DNA of 64,000 nt, taken from NCBI GenBank assembly GCA_964016885.1, contig OZ024741.1, forward strand, positions 92,008,001 through 92,072,000. The letters run 5' to 3'. Below the pieces are notes generated by a model that saw only the letters and a list, made by a program, of their open reading frames with translations, was not told the origin of the DNA and made no database searches. Position numbers and translations under genes: made by a program. This document shows positions 40,340 to 54,790 of this stretch, one piece after another (the first letter of the stretch is position 1; each line of letters starts with the position of its first letter). This DNA comes from Eledone cirrhosa. Taxonomy: Eukaryota.

Positions 40340-40705
40340 GGGAGGATCCTCAAACATGCCTTCTAGAGAGTCCTATGAGAAGCAACCGCCTCCAAATGAT
40401 ACGGATATATTCCCAAGCGAAATCAACCGAACTCATAGATGTTATCAAATGTTTGCTCTTGGTCTACTTTTAGGCCTCGGTTGGCTTTGCTCGTCAAATC
40501 TGTCGAGCGATTTTTTCCTTACAAATTCTAACCACATATCCATATTACCAGAGCTGTGATCTCTCGATTCGGAGAAACTTCGGCTCCAACTAGAGCGACT
40601 CATTGATCTCCGAGCTAGGCACCCCATTGATTAACGTTACTCCAAGGATCCTTTGGAGGAATCCCATTTCGATCGTTTGTGCTCACGATCGTATCCCTTC
40701 AGTCA
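40340..40705 (-). pseudogene. RTE-clade (Rex3/Expander-like) LINE 3' fragment
   Basis: Minus translation RAQTIEMGFLQRILGVTLINGVPSSEINESL*LEPKFLRIERSQLW*YGYVVR resembles the RTE post-RT motif EMxFLRRIxGVT..LRWFGHVxR. Confidence 0.75.
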
Positions 40706-41729
40706 TTTCCCAAGATTTGTGACTATGCACCTAAATTAGAAACCATCATTAAGATAGTGTTCGGCACATAAATTAACAAAGTTTCTTACATAAAATTATG
40801 ACGAAAGGCTTTTTTTTTTCAGATAAATATAAACACTTTAAAAGAAAACAGTTTTGTATCACAGAATCAGTGGCGGTTTCAGACGGTTTAGTATCAAAGG
40901 AGTTAAGCCTTAACATTGAAATAGTAATTTAATATGAATTATTTATAGAATTAAAGTTGCATTATTTTTCTCAGTACAGATGTCCCTAGCAAGTTATCGT
41001 GCACTTGCAATTCGCCCCACTGTGTTAAAATGGATCCCCACAATTGCTCCATCTGATCAGTCGGTGACCTAAATATCTCGCTGGATAAAGGAGGGAAGGT
41101 TGAGAAGGTGTATGTTTCTACTTTGCGAAAGAAACAGTAACCAAATACTATTGTCTTTAAAGAAAGCGATACATTAGATAATGTAGTACACTATTACAGA
41201 AAATAATATTTGTTGATTGATAATGACCTGAATGGCTTTCAGCGGGAAGGGCACCGGACAAAATGTTTTTTCCGGCTATTTACGTTCTGGGTTCAAATTT
41301 CACCACGGTCAAATTTGCTTTTCATCCTTCCGGGGTCGATAAAATAACGTATCAGTCAATTGCTGGGAACGATTCAATGAATTTTCCTCTCTCTCCAACA
41401 TTGCTGGCCTTGTATTATAATAAGATTGACTTGATCATGGGACTAAGCAACAACAACAACAATAATTTCTCTGAATTTTGTTTCTTTTTTAACCGACATG
41501 CAATCGACTTTTACTTGATAAATGGTTATTTGTTGTTGTTGTAGTTGCTGTTGTTGCAGATGCTGTTGTAATTACTGTTGTTGTAGTTACTGCTACTGTT
41601 GTTGTTGTAATTATTGTTGCTGATTTTGTTGCTCCAGCTACTGCTGCTTCTGTTGATATTTCTCTGCTTTATGTATAATGTATAATTCTTGCTATAAGAG
41701 GATAATCTCATTTTTGCTCTTCTTAACAG

Positions 41730-42303
41730 TATCTGCTTTAGGATCGTTTAAATATCGCTAGAACAGATGTCACAGACATCACACTATATCTGCTTTAGGA
41801 TCGTTTAAATATCGCTAGAACAGATGTCACAGACATCACACTATATCTGCTTTAGGATCGTTTAAATATCGCTAGAACAGATGTCACAGACATCACACTA
41901 TATCTGCTTTAGGATCGTTTAAATATCGCTAGAACAGATGTCACAGAGATCACACTATATCTGCTTTAGGATCGTTTAAATATAGGCTGAACAGATGTCA
42001 CAGAGATCACATTATATCTGCTTTAGGTTCGTTTAAATATAGGCTGAACAGATGTCACAGAGATCACATTATATCTGCTTTAGGTTCGTTTAAATATCGC
42101 TAGAACAGATGTCACAGAGATCACACTATACCTGCTTTAGGTTCGTTTAAATATCGCTAGAACAGATGTCACACTATATCTGCTTTAGGATCATTTAAAT
42201 ATAGGTTCGCCAGAACAGATGTGACAGAGATCACACTATATCTGCTTTAGGATCGTTTAAATATAGGTTCGCTAGAACAGATGTCACAGCGATCACACTA
42301 TAT
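41730..42303. repeat. 57-bp minisatellite, ~10 copies
   Basis: Unit TATCTGCTTTAGGATCGTTTAAATATCGCTAGAACAGATGTCACAGACATCACACTA. Confidence 0.95.
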
Positions 42304-43886
42304 GTTAGGAATGGTATTTATAACAAGTATTTGTAAGCTCAAATGTTGCATGTTTGCATGAGATTCTCTTCTACGCCATTGTTCTAGTGTGTAGTAAGAC
42401 TTCTTCGAGGTAACATACCAGTTAGTGAGAAAACAGTCAACAACTACAACTACGACCAGTAGTGTATACCATTCTTTCGCTAAGTAGAAACATACACCTT
42501 CTCAACCTTCCCTCATTTATCCAACGGGGTATTTAAGGTATGACAGATGAAAGGAGGGAGGGCTGCACCAGCACTGAACTGGTACCTTTTTTATCGACGC
42601 CAAAAGGATGAAAGACAAAGTAAACCTCGGTAGGATTTGAACTCAGAACGCAAAGACACGGAAGAAATATCCAACGTTATAACGACTCTGCTCTAATCGA
42701 CTGCCTGTAAATATCCCTTATAGCCTTCAGTAACCAGCAACATTAGCTGAATAGGTGGTGAATTACCAGAGTCCTTAGAATCTCGAACGAAACTCTACAC
42801 TGTGTTTCTTCTGGCTCCTTGTGTTCTTAGTTTAAATACCGTCGATGCCGTCTAAGGGGACGCAACAAAAGTCAATGTTTAAGATATTCGATCACCCAGG
42901 TTCGATCTCGCAGCGTGACATCTTCAGCAACTGTCATTTTCCATAATCTTGAGTCGACCTATTGTGAGTGAAATAGACTGGACCGATACACTGTACATGT
43001 AATTAAAAAGGACTTCCTTGTCACACTCTGTATCCGACATTGTAGTGGCGTTACAGAGTCAGATAGAATGCTTCGCAGTATTTTCTATGGATCTCTACAC
43101 TCTGAGTTCAAATCCCACCAAGCTAATTTTGCTTTTCATCCTTTCGAGGTTGACAAAGCACTAGTCTAGTACAGTAGTTGGTTCTTCTTTTATATCTCTT
43201 TCTTGCTTTCTCTCCCTATTTCTCTGTTTAGATCTGGCGAAGGATGGGCACTGACAGGTTTAAATGCCATAAACTCAGCACCCCTAAAACACAATCAGGA
43301 ATTAAGGGCCAATGCATAGATAGATGGAATAGAAATGATGAAATAGCCTCCATTGTAGATCGAAACTGTGATGAGTTTTCCACTTGTTCTCAGCTTTATC
43401 TATTACTTCATTGTGTTGATCACTTCAACTGACGAATTATTGATTATTCGATGAAGTATTGAAATATTACATTTGTTACATCATACCACCCGGCTGATGA
43501 GAATCACGTGAGAAGTACCGAGAGTTATTAACTTCTGTACAATTATTATTGAAGTTTACAATCAAAGATGTTTTATTAAAAGACTCTTCTTTGATGTTGA
43601 TTCAATCAAATGGTAGCGGTTACTTTGTGAAAAGTAATTGGATTTTATCGAATATTTGAAAATGAAGTGATCGAAGACGTAATGAATGGCCGACATTATA
43701 ATTTGGAGTTTTTATAATTGTAGTATTTAAATTTAATGAATGTTTATTATCAGCAAAGCTAGGAAAACATAAATGCATATTATCTGATATGTTAATACAA
43801 ACATAGACTTCCCATTGCACACAAACGTGTATGTGTGTGTATATGTATGCCTATATTTATACGTATGTATGCCTATATTTATACGC

Positions 43887-43944
<58 letters not shown>

Positions 43945-44031
43945 CTACTCTGGGAATTTATTTAATTACCTATTGGGTACGCTGAGATACAACCGGTACT
44001 AGCAGTGAAACCCATGCTAGTCTCGTCAACT

Positions 44032-44071
<40 letters not shown>

Positions 44072-44074
<3 letters not shown>

Positions 44075-44432
44075 GAATAAGTGCCTCCATAGAAATATAG
44101 TATACGAAGGTAGAATTACCACTAGGGACGCAATGTATAATTACATCGGCGCAATAGTGACCAGATTTAAGGATAGATGGTACAACCACCGCCACTCCTT
44201 TAACCGGATCGATAAGAGACGGAGCACACCACTATCCGAGCTTATATAGAGGCTGACGCAGAGCCGTGTACAATGCTCTCTGTCTTAGTACACGCTCGCA
44301 ACAGCGTTTCCATATATCTCTTACGTGCGGTTGCGATCTTTGCGCCACGGAAACTCTACACGTTATTAATAGGAGACACGGCGTAATTAACAAACGCTCC
44401 CACCTCTTTAATACTTATCGCCATAAAATATC
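44072..44432 (+). pseudogene. PLE GIY-YIG endonuclease remnant, 5' end at (TA)n
   Basis: KNKCLHRNIVYEGRITTRDAMYNYIGAIVTRFKDRWYNHRHSF...CDLCATETL..INKRS, collinear with the C-terminus of the 9965 ORF. Confidence 0.85.
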
Positions 44433-44722
44433 TTAAAATGTTCTTAGATTATATAGTTAACATATTCCGTAGACATTGACTTCCACCCACACTTTAACAT
44501 AATCACTAAAACTAAAAACCTAAAACTAAAAGCCGAAGCAACTGACCCCCTTGGTAATTTGATACCTTAGTCTACTGACCATCCCAAGGATTTTAACAAG
44601 GATAATATCTCCCACATTCTGTCTGCCTACAGATGGTTATGTACATCACATGCCTACTGTAGTGGACAACTACCACCATATTCCTAACTACAATAGCATA
44701 TCAAAAACATTACAATTTTACA

Positions 44723-44793
44723 CCTGTCTGGTGAGAACACGTCACAGAGTTATTATGCAATCACTTTGACGTATTTGAAATACGTATAACAGG
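44723..44793 (+). ncRNA. Minimal hammerhead in the 3' pLTR of the PLE remnant (core A6G)
   Basis: CCTGT-CTGGTGA-GAACACGTCA...TGACGTATTT-GAAA-TACGTA-TA-ACAGG; 5-bp stem I, palindromic stem III. Confidence 0.7.
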
Positions 44794-45199
44794 ACCATAC
44801 AATAAACAGAGGATGTACATTTAAAACCGTCTCTCTTCTTTATAATATGTGTGTGTGTGTGTGTGAGTGTGTGTGTTTTTGCGTGTATGAGTGTATGTGC
44901 GTGTGTGTGTGCGTGTGCGTGTGCGTGAGTGTGTGCATATATATATATGTGTGTGTGTGTGTTTGTGCATGTGTGTGTGTGTACTCTTTACATCTCTTGT
45001 ATTTCCTTTTTTGTTCTCGTGGATAATCTTTGATCACTTGATTGTCTGCCAAGCAGCAGTAAATTGTCTCTTGTGATTCTTTTAATGATTACACCTAACA
45101 TAAATAGTTTTGCTTTGCTGAATTTAGCATCGATTATTATCCATGCTCAACCACTCGAACTATTTTGCATTTTTATAGCATTCAGTTTGTTTTTTTTCT

Positions 45200-45422
45200 A
45201 ATTATTCTAGTTCAAGTGTCGGGTTCTTGCGATGCCGATGGCACATGCAGCTCTTTTGTGGAACATAGGTGCTCTGATTTTTTGTTATCTTTATTTATTT
45301 ATATATTTATTATTGTTTTTGTTGATTTAGAACTATTTTACTCTATGTAAATCTCACTTTGTATTGTAATTCGTCTTCGCATTGTGCCCCAATGCCTTAG
45401 GCCCTTGTGGCTAATAAAAGAA
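45200..45422 (+). mobile_element. 3' end fragment of a Tx1-like LINE
   Basis: Ends GCCCTTGTGGCTAATAAA, identical to the terminus of the 25113 element; start approximate. Confidence 0.55.
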
Positions 45423-46716
45423 AACATTATGCTTTGGCGCATAGAGTTACGGCCCTTGCCATTCTGAGTTCAAATCCCGCCGAGGTTAACTTTGCCTTTC
45501 ATCCTTACGGGGTCGATAAAATAAAGTACCAGTAATACACTGGGTAATTGCTGGCCTTGTGCCTAACGTAGAAACAATTATTATTTTTTTAGTTCAAATC
45601 CTGCCACGGTCAGCTTTTCCTTTCATCTTAACAGGGCCGATAAAGTAAAATACCAGTAACGTACTGGGGTTGGTTTAATCGATATCCCCCATCCCTTCAA
45701 ATTACTGGCCTTGTTCAAATATAGAAACAATTATTAACTACAGTATTAGTATCTCTAGGATTACATTATCCAATGTGTCATTCCTTGTTTATAACTGTAG
45801 GTGTGATTTGAGGGAGACTGGACTCTGATTTCTGCCACAAGCAGCGTTCTTCCTTGGCTCGTTGTCTAAGGTAATTGGGTTTCATTGTGTAAATCAGGTT
45901 TTTGTTTTGCTACAGTAATATGAAGTGAGTAGTGTCTTCTTTCTCAATAAACCATGTTTGTTGATTAAATCACAAATAATAAATGAATGAGCATTATAAC
46001 AAAACTTCTCATCTCATTTATCTCTAACAGATGAGCTGCTTGGTGAGTTGGTTGGTTAGTTGGTTGGTCAGTCTGATATCATCTTTGACAGCATGTAAGA
46101 GAGAGATAGTGAGAGCATGTTAATATATGAGTTAAATAAGGAGTATACATACTGAGTGGAATGGCAGACAAACAAATGACAGAATTAAAGAGCAAAGAGC
46201 GTTTAACTGGAGATGCGTGCACATACGCACGCACACACAGACACATGCACATACACACATGCGTTGTTGCTGTTGGACATCAGTCATTTCCGACGACGAG
46301 CACTTCAGTTGCTGGTGAAATTAACAACGTGTAAGTGGCTGAGTATTCCACAGACACGTGCATCCTTAACGTAGTTTTCGGGAATATGCAGCGTGGCATA
46401 ATGTGTAACAAAGTTGGCTCATTAAATTACAGGCATAGCTCATTTTTACCAGCTGAGTAGATTGGAGAAACCTGAAATAAAATGTCTTCTCCAAGAATAC
46501 AACGCACTCTCTAGTCGGGGAATCGAACTCACAACCCTATGTTCATGATTCTAATACCCTAACCACTAGGCCGCGGACCACATAAATATATACGAATACA
46601 CACACACACACACAAGTAATTGTCGTCTGTTGAATGTTTGTACAAAGTTTAGGTTTTCTTTTCATAATTTCTTCGTTCTTTTTGATGAATGGAATATTCA
46701 TATATGAAAATATATA

Positions 46717-47065
46717 CAGATGTTCACCGGTATTCACGAGAGTTACGTTCCTAGAGCACCCGCGAAGAGTGAAAAACCGCGAATAATGAAAATGGCTATA
46801 AACGTCAAAATATAACGTAAAATATAATTAAAAAAGAGGAAGGGTCTTATACGAAGAGGCGTCAAATAGGCTGGTAAATACGGTATATTGTTATTAATAA
46901 TTTATCGTTAAAATATATATATATATTGTCACGAAAAAACCATAAAAAGTCGCGGAAGATATTTACAATTCCACGAATATGCAGTGGTTTCCACAAATAA
47001 TTATTTGTTAGGGTCTATGGAAAATTCCGCGAATAACCGGGACCGTGAATGCCGAGGGTACACTG
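46717..47065. mobile_element. pogo/Tigger-like MITE
   Basis: TA|CAGATGTTCACCGGTATTCACG ... CGTGAATGCCGAGGGTACACTG, with subterminal CCGCGAA repeats. Confidence 0.65.
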
Positions 47066-50000
47066 TTTTTCTTTTGTCAGCTGTTTTGCTTTCCACTTTC
47101 TAAATTTGACGATTTCTTTAATATTATATTTCTAGTTTGAGATCGTGAGCAATTTAATGAATTATTTTAACGAAATATTTGAGTAGTGAATTCATGTATT
47201 TTTATTAATACATTTACACATTTTTATGTATTTACCTACTGTTACCCACAGTGGCAGACAAAATTATCTCTAACATGACGGGTAACTATCTAGTTAAATA
47301 CCATACTTCCTTCATCTATCACTAAAAGCATCATGAATCCTTTTCTATTCCTCTAATTTATGATCTATCATTTCATTTCGTCGTCAACAGTAGTTATGAT
47401 GTGTTGTGTTTGACAGTTCTATTACTGGGATTATTATTAACCTACCACATAGCACCAAGTTGCCACATCATTAAATTGCTCACATGTCTGTTTTGCTGTG
47501 TATTGAACTACAGATAGATACAAATATTGTCTCTTATAAAGAGACAATAGATAAATGTTGTCAATTAATGATGTATGACATGATTACATCTTCATAGGTA
47601 CAGTGTTATAACATGTACAGAGGTCAGAATTGCTTCACTTACGTCACTAATATATGCCTTTACAAAACAATATCCAGTTCCGCTTCACTTGTAACTCTAA
47701 GTAGTTGATTGAGACAGACGACATATCTCGTTAACAATGTTTTCATCAAATCTCGGCAGAAAAAATCTATTTATAAGCTATCAAGCTCTAAAATAGAATT
47801 AAAGGAAAGCCTGTCAGTAATCAACTAACGTTATTGTTCCGAATGTATTTATCAAGGTATTGCACAGGCTAATCCAAAAGACATGTCTTTTGCGCTCCTA
47901 CAGCCTTTATAATATATTTCGTTTGGCTAGGAATAAAGCTAATGCCTTTAAGAGAAAAATATAGTTGATGGAATTAATCCAAGTATAATATAGAACTTGG
48001 TATATCAATCCATTAGTAATGAAGGAATGAAAGGAATGGACCTCAGTTAGTTTTGATAATGTGTCGTTCAATTAGCGAAACAGCCTGCTCGTGAAATTAA
48101 CGTGTAAGTGGCTGAGCATTCTAAAATTCCATGTAGCGTTACCGTAGTTCTCAAGAGGATTTAATGTGATTGTGAGTGTGACAAGACAGGCGTTTTGAAT
48201 TACAGGTACAGTCTATTTGACATACTTCTAAACAGCTTCCGTCTACTCATTTTCACTTGGGTTGACCTGAGATTCTAGTAAATAACACTTGCCCAAGATG
48301 CTACACAATATGATCAAATTCTGGACCTTATGATTGATAAACATTGAAACATTCGGCCGTGTAGCAGCCATTCATCAGGAATGTAAAGCAAAAGTGAACG
48401 TAACGTTCCTGGCATGGTTAAGTATCTAAGCTAAACGTACGTATAATAAGTGTGGTATATGTAGCCAACACTACTCTTATTCTCTAACTCAGGAGCTGGG
48501 AACCTACGACTCTGAAGCCGCATATAGTTCTTAGCTGGTCAGATTGTTTTTTTTTATTTATTTATTTGTATTGAAATAAAAGCGACGACGTATGACCAGG
48601 ACATCGATTTCAAATAAGATCCAAAGCCAAAAAATCGCATTAAGTAAAAAAAAGTTAGCTAAATTCATATTTTCTTGTTTAGGAATCTGATCGAAAATAT
48701 GATACTAGTCATCCACTAACAATGAAGGAGTGATTTCAGAAAGAGGTTTAACCTCCGTCAATACATGAACAATACAGTTTTATGGATCATTTATATTGCA
48801 GCTATTCACATCCATCTATGGTCTGCGATTTAGGTAAAAAGCGATCACACTTCAATGTCTAGAACTGTTTTCTGAAATATTGACAAATCACTTCATCTGA
48901 AGCAATTAAACGAGGTAAACCACGTAGTCAACGAGAAGTGCAAATGTTTGTTGCTGGTAACCGTTATCAGAGGCAATTGTAATTTAAGATATAACTAACT
49001 GATTCTTGTCTAAAGTTGAAGAATATAAAAGCAATGAACAAGTGAAGAAACAGCATGTGCGAAAATGTTGATGTGAACTTTAATGTTTTAAAGCTAATTG
49101 TCTCCATTATTGTTTACAACATCAGTTTCCATTTCGTTTTCCTCGAGAGAGTTACTATTGAGAGTTCCCTCAATAGAGTTACCAGTGTGTATATGTGGCA
49201 CAATGTATTTGCTTGTCATCTCACGTCTTGTTAGAATATGTACGCAATTGAACGGATTTCTTTCTTTCCCAAATAGAATTGTGTTGACCTTTTCCGTTCG
49301 CAGAAACGTTAATTATATTGTCTATTTGAATTAATTTCTCGTTTGGAGAAGCATGTTTGGGATTAACTGTCTTCATTATTGATTACTTCGTTTGGATTAT
49401 GTTGTTTGAAATGTGACAGGTGTTGGGGACCTTCAAATACGTTTTGATCATTAAAACATGTTGTTGAAATTTGTGGTCATCCGGTCAGCTGAACTACAAA
49501 CGACATTATAATAATTGCAAGAATTAATGAGACTCTTTGATAACGTTTACTTTTTAAATTTCCTTGCTTTTGATGTAGAATTATTTTCCAGCTTAGTTTA
49601 AATCGCTACACTGCTTGAAGGCTTCTAGTTTTATTTCTTCTGTTAAATTATATTATTTCGTTTTATAGTAATAATCTATTAACAACGTTTTAAGACCATA
49701 TCTCCTGTTAGAGCAGAGTTTGGGGTCCCTTTTGAAGCAATGCCTTAAAGCCTTCATGGCGCCAGCCCTTTTAGTCACCTCATACAACTCGCAGGGGTGC
49801 GGTATAACTAGTCTAAACCTGAAACACAGTATCTTTTCTTTATATTCAGTGCTCTCATTACAGTCGACGACGATTATTGATACTCCTATATCCCGCTTCA
49901 CTTTCTCTGGTGAATTGTGGCTCAATCTGAAATAACCAGACAAAAGTGTTATATGAAATAAATAGTTTAGATAATCAAAATATTTAAATGTTTTAAATGA

Positions 50001-51283
50001 GACATTGCTGATATGATTATAATTTTTCGATATGTTAAACTGAGCTTTAAAGTCGGGAAATATTTTGATATTTATATCTACATAACTTTACAATCAATTT
50101 TATCTCCAGTCTTATTCCCGGACAGAGCCTAGCACGAAACACTTATTTTTAAAATAATGATTTCCTGTTGAATTTCTGTCTAGTATTATGTAGACATCCA
50201 GAAATAAGACACCTGATGACTGATGATTGGAGATCAAACTGATCAAAACGTAGTGTAGATGTAAACAAGTTTTATTTTTTAAGATGGGGGTTAATATTCT
50301 GAAAGATTTCGATATTTAAAAACATGTATGAGTTATTAATTTTTAAAATCCAATAGTGGCAAAAATTTATCTTTAAATATTGATCATTTTATGACCCCAC
50401 CATAAGTGATTAGCGATTCTGATCCAAATCGTGTATTCTGAGTTACACAATATTTTCTTTTGTTATCAAGAACTGAAGTGGCTAGTATTTAAGTATCAAA
50501 AGCAGTTAATATGGATATTGGGCTTCTCATATTAAATATCACTGAGACACAAGACTAGAAATACCTACCTGTAGGTATTTGTTTTATTACGGGCCCTAAA
50601 CTTCTGGTGGATTAGCAGTGGCTTCTTGGGCATTTAAAACTTACGAGTTTAAACAGAACTATGGTATTTCAGAAAAAGACAGGGTGAGAAAGTGATACAG
50701 GAAGAATCGAACCCAATACTAGACAGATGATTTATTTATAGACATAGAAATTATGAAATACAATTTAAACTCAGAGAGCAGGGAATCGAAAGGAATACCG
50801 TAAAGTATTCTATCAGATGTTTTACAACTTTGTACGTTTCAAGTCAAATAAATGAATCTCTTATTTGTACCCTTAACGTAGTTCTCATGCACAATTAGCT
50901 TGGCACAGGGGGACAAGGCTGGACCTTTGAATTACAGGTATATGTAATCAGACGAATTCCTCACATGTTCAATGTACCTAATTTTAATCAGTTGGTAAAA
51001 GACACTTACCCAAGATGCCATGCAGTAGGATCGAGCCGGGGACCTAGTGATTGCGAAACGAACGTTATAACCTTTCAGCCACTCTGCATTCATGAAGGGA
51101 TTTAGGCGATCATATCAAACTCTGTAGTTATTTTATCAATCTCTTTTTATTGAACTACTAAGTTACACGAAAACACAAACACACAAACACACACTCACAC
51201 ACACACACAAATATATATATGTATGTGTCTATATTTATATAGACACATACACACACACACATACACACATATATATATATATA

Positions 51284-52124
51284 TCTGTATATATATAAAA
51301 TTAAGTATGTGTGTGTGTCTGTCTGTCTGTGTATTACCTATAGGGGCCTACATTTTACGACCGATTTTCATGAAGCTTTACAGGCTGTAAGATTAGTCAT
51401 CGGGGAGTGTTTTCAATATATCAGCGTATCGTTTTTTTATTCCGAGGTCATTCTGCAGATAAAAATCGAAAGGGGGTCACCTTTTTTTAGGTATCGAAAA
51501 ATAAGATTTTTGGCTCTAGCTCCCACATTAATCAACCTACTTTGTTCAAATGTTACACTACACTAGATCTGATTATTTCACGTCTTAAAGTGGCTTTACA
51601 TTTAGGATTATTTGTTCAGGAACGGCGTGGCAGCCGCTTAAATATTCGAAAATACCACCTTTTCGCTCAAATTTCCGCCTTTTCGGCTCTAGCTCCCACA
51701 TTTTTCAACCGATTTCGTTCAAATTCGAAACTTCGGCTCCATCTCACACATAAATCAATTTATTTGGTTCAACTTTTATACTACGATAGAACCTATCATT
51801 GCACATCTTATAGATGGTCAAAGGCAAAACGATGGCCACTGATGTCGTCTGAGCTTTTAGTTGTGTATTTGAGAATTCATCGGTTTCCAATCAAGTAGCG
51901 TGAGGAAATTTGGCTTAGTGTTAGAGGTCATTACCTCTCTCCCCCAGCATTCCCCTTCGTCAGTTACCCGCGTTTCTCAGTGATAGAGATCATCACCACC
52001 CTCCCCCGCATGGCCTGTGTGTGGCCATAGATGAGTCATCGAGAGGCAGTCGCTAAGATCAACACCTTTTCATCAAAACAGATATTAATTTACCTACCCA
52101 GGCAACGCTGGGTACTGCTGCTAG
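51284..52124 (+). mobile_element. Complete non-autonomous Helitron in (TA)n
   Basis: A|TCTGTATATATATAAAA..(CTGT)n start; 3' TACCCAG-GCAACG-CTGGGTA-CTGCTG-CTAG|T; internal ~43-bp direct repeat (51509, 51680). Confidence 0.85.
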
Positions 52125-52679
52125 TATATATATATAATGCCACTTTGACGAATCAAAGAAAGGCAAAAAAAAAGAAAAAAAAGAAAAACAGACACTTAAA
52201 TATATTTTCCGTGCTATTTCCAATTTCATCTTCTCTCTCTCACTATATATATATATATATATATATGCACGCGTGCGGAAGACACTTGCCTAAGCGACGT
52301 GTGTGCGAAGCGACCTCTATAACTATACTGCCATGTCTGTACCTTATATTTCTACTTGTAAACAAAGTTCTTTTCGATAGAGTATGGCTGTTCAGCTGAA
52401 ACAAATTACTGCGTACGTTTTGCTATAAATACACGAAATGTTGTGAAGGTTTGTGACTTAGTGGTTAAGGGTTGTGTCCTTGGGCAAGAAACTTTATTTT
52501 TGCTGTTCCAGTCCATTCAACTAGAAGAAAATGAGTTGTACCTGTAATTTGAAATAACAGCCTTCTCACGCACTGTTTCGCGCTGTATCTAGGCTATATG
52601 TGAATAAGCTAAGGGTGCATCTGTATGTGGAATACTCAGCCACTTATACGTTAATCTGACGAGAAGACGGTTCCTTTGA

Positions 52680-52874
52680 CAGCCCTGTCAACTCTCCCCG
52701 TAGAACGGGGAGATCTCCCACCACTTTGGGGTGGATAAAATATGTCTTCTGTTGTGTAAATGGGTATAGCTTTCATTATGTAAAATCTCCCCATTTTGCC
52801 TCATTTCTCCCCGTTTGGGGGGCACTTTTTTGCATGGTACTCCCCGTTTGGGTTTTTAGAGGTTGGTAGGTCTG
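52680..52874. mobile_element. Small TIR element nested in a SINE
   Basis: CAGCCCTGTCAAC / GTTGGTAGGTCTG; internal CTCCCCGT repeats; SINE family B sequence resumes on both sides. Confidence 0.55.
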
Positions 52875-52926
52875 CTTTTAACGAACAACTGGAACACTCG
52901 TCGTTAAAACCGACGCAAACGGTCAC

Positions 52927-53029
52927 ACATATTTTTACTTCTAAATAAAGCTTTTCTTTTACATATTTTTACTTCTAAATAAAGCTTTTCTTTTACATAT
53001 TTTTACTTCTAAATAAAGCTTTTCTTTTA
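52927..53029. repeat. Three copies of a ~34-bp tandem repeat
   Basis: ACATATTTTTACTTCTAAATAAAGCTTTTCTTTT x3. Confidence 0.9.
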
Positions 53030-53366
53030 GCAGGCTATGGCGACAGTCCCATAAATTGCTTGCTGCGAAGATTGGCCTGAACTAAAGTAGTGTATGCTCT
53101 TTTTTAATAAATATATGAAGCATTAAAAGATGGTCTACTCAACTGATTGTTATATTATAACCACAATATAAATTTAACATTAATATTGATTTTAAAAATT
53201 ATAAGAAATACAAAAGACATCCTTTCCAAAAGATGGATAACAAATTGTAACAACTTTTAAAATTTTATAAATGTATCCGCATAATCCCTAGAAAGGTTGT
53301 TTTGTATATTTGCATTTTTTTTTTTATTCTGTTTTGGTCACATATTTCACATTCAGTAGTTAATGC

Positions 53367-53423
<57 letters not shown>

Positions 53424-53435
53424 GTATATATATAC

Positions 53436-53475
<40 letters not shown>

Positions 53476-53520
53476 GTATACGTATATATATATATATGTA
53501 TCTATATATAAAATACATAT

Positions 53521-53551
<31 letters not shown>

Positions 53552-53588
53552 GTATACGTATATATATATGTATCTATATATAAAATAC

Positions 53589-53635
<47 letters not shown>

Positions 53636-53688
53636 ACATACACACACAAATATATATACACATACATCATATATACATATATATATAT

Positions 53689-53850
<162 letters not shown>

Positions 53851-54643
53851 ATATTGAGCGTTTATTTATTTTGGGGTCATATATTTCATTTGCAGTAGTT
53901 AATGCACTGAAATCTCAAAATAACAACGGTACTCTAATAAGATTTCTATGTAAAAATGATGAAAACAATGTTGTTCATGGTTAAGTTAGTTTCCCCTTTG
54001 CTAACACAGAGCAATTTATTTGTCTGACAGATACGACATGAAAATATACTATTCAATGTTAAAATAACCTTTTACAATATGCTTTGCTGTTTTCCATTCC
54101 GCTCTGTTCCGACCACTCACACACCTCTGTGTCTTACATTTGGTAATTCCACTTCGATGTAGTTATTGAAATGGATGTCTTTCAATGAATTATTTTATGT
54201 ACGAATCAAACATATTGTCAGATTTATTTATTTATTTGATTTAAATGATTTCTTGTTGACACAGTGAATGTAAACTACAAAACGAAATATGATCTATCAA
54301 TGTTGTAAAGTTTAAGATTTGTTTATTTTGTAAAGAGAAAAATATTGAAATATTTCAGTACTGAACTGATACTTCATTTTATCATAGACCATAGATAGAA
54401 AAAAAAACAAGGTTGAACTCAGCGGTATTTGAGCTCAGTGTGCAGAAACAAATAATGGGGAATTTAATCCGGCGCTTCAAACAACGGGAACACTGGTCGT
54501 CGGAACCGAAGGAAAATTCAAATAGACACGTAGACACGAACACACACACATATATATATACACACACACACTCACACTCACACACACACATACATACATA
54601 CACATACACACACACTCTCACACACACATACACACACACTCAT

Positions 54644-54684
<41 letters not shown>

Positions 54685-54708
54685 CATATATATACAAGCA
54701 CACATAGA

Positions 54709-54790
<82 letters not shown>

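Noticed and set aside
41730-42303. CRISPR array
   Set aside because: No unique spacers, no cas genes, eukaryotic context.
43490-43522. CGG-CTGATGA...GTA-CCG
   Set aside because: Requires several deletions to form an HHR.
43999-44030. ACTAGCA..TGCTAGT hairpin as HHR stem II
   Set aside because: More simply a Helitron-type ACTGCTAG|T terminus remnant.
50209-50262. CTGATGA...AAAAC-GTAGT-GTA
   Set aside because: G12 is missing and stems are weak.
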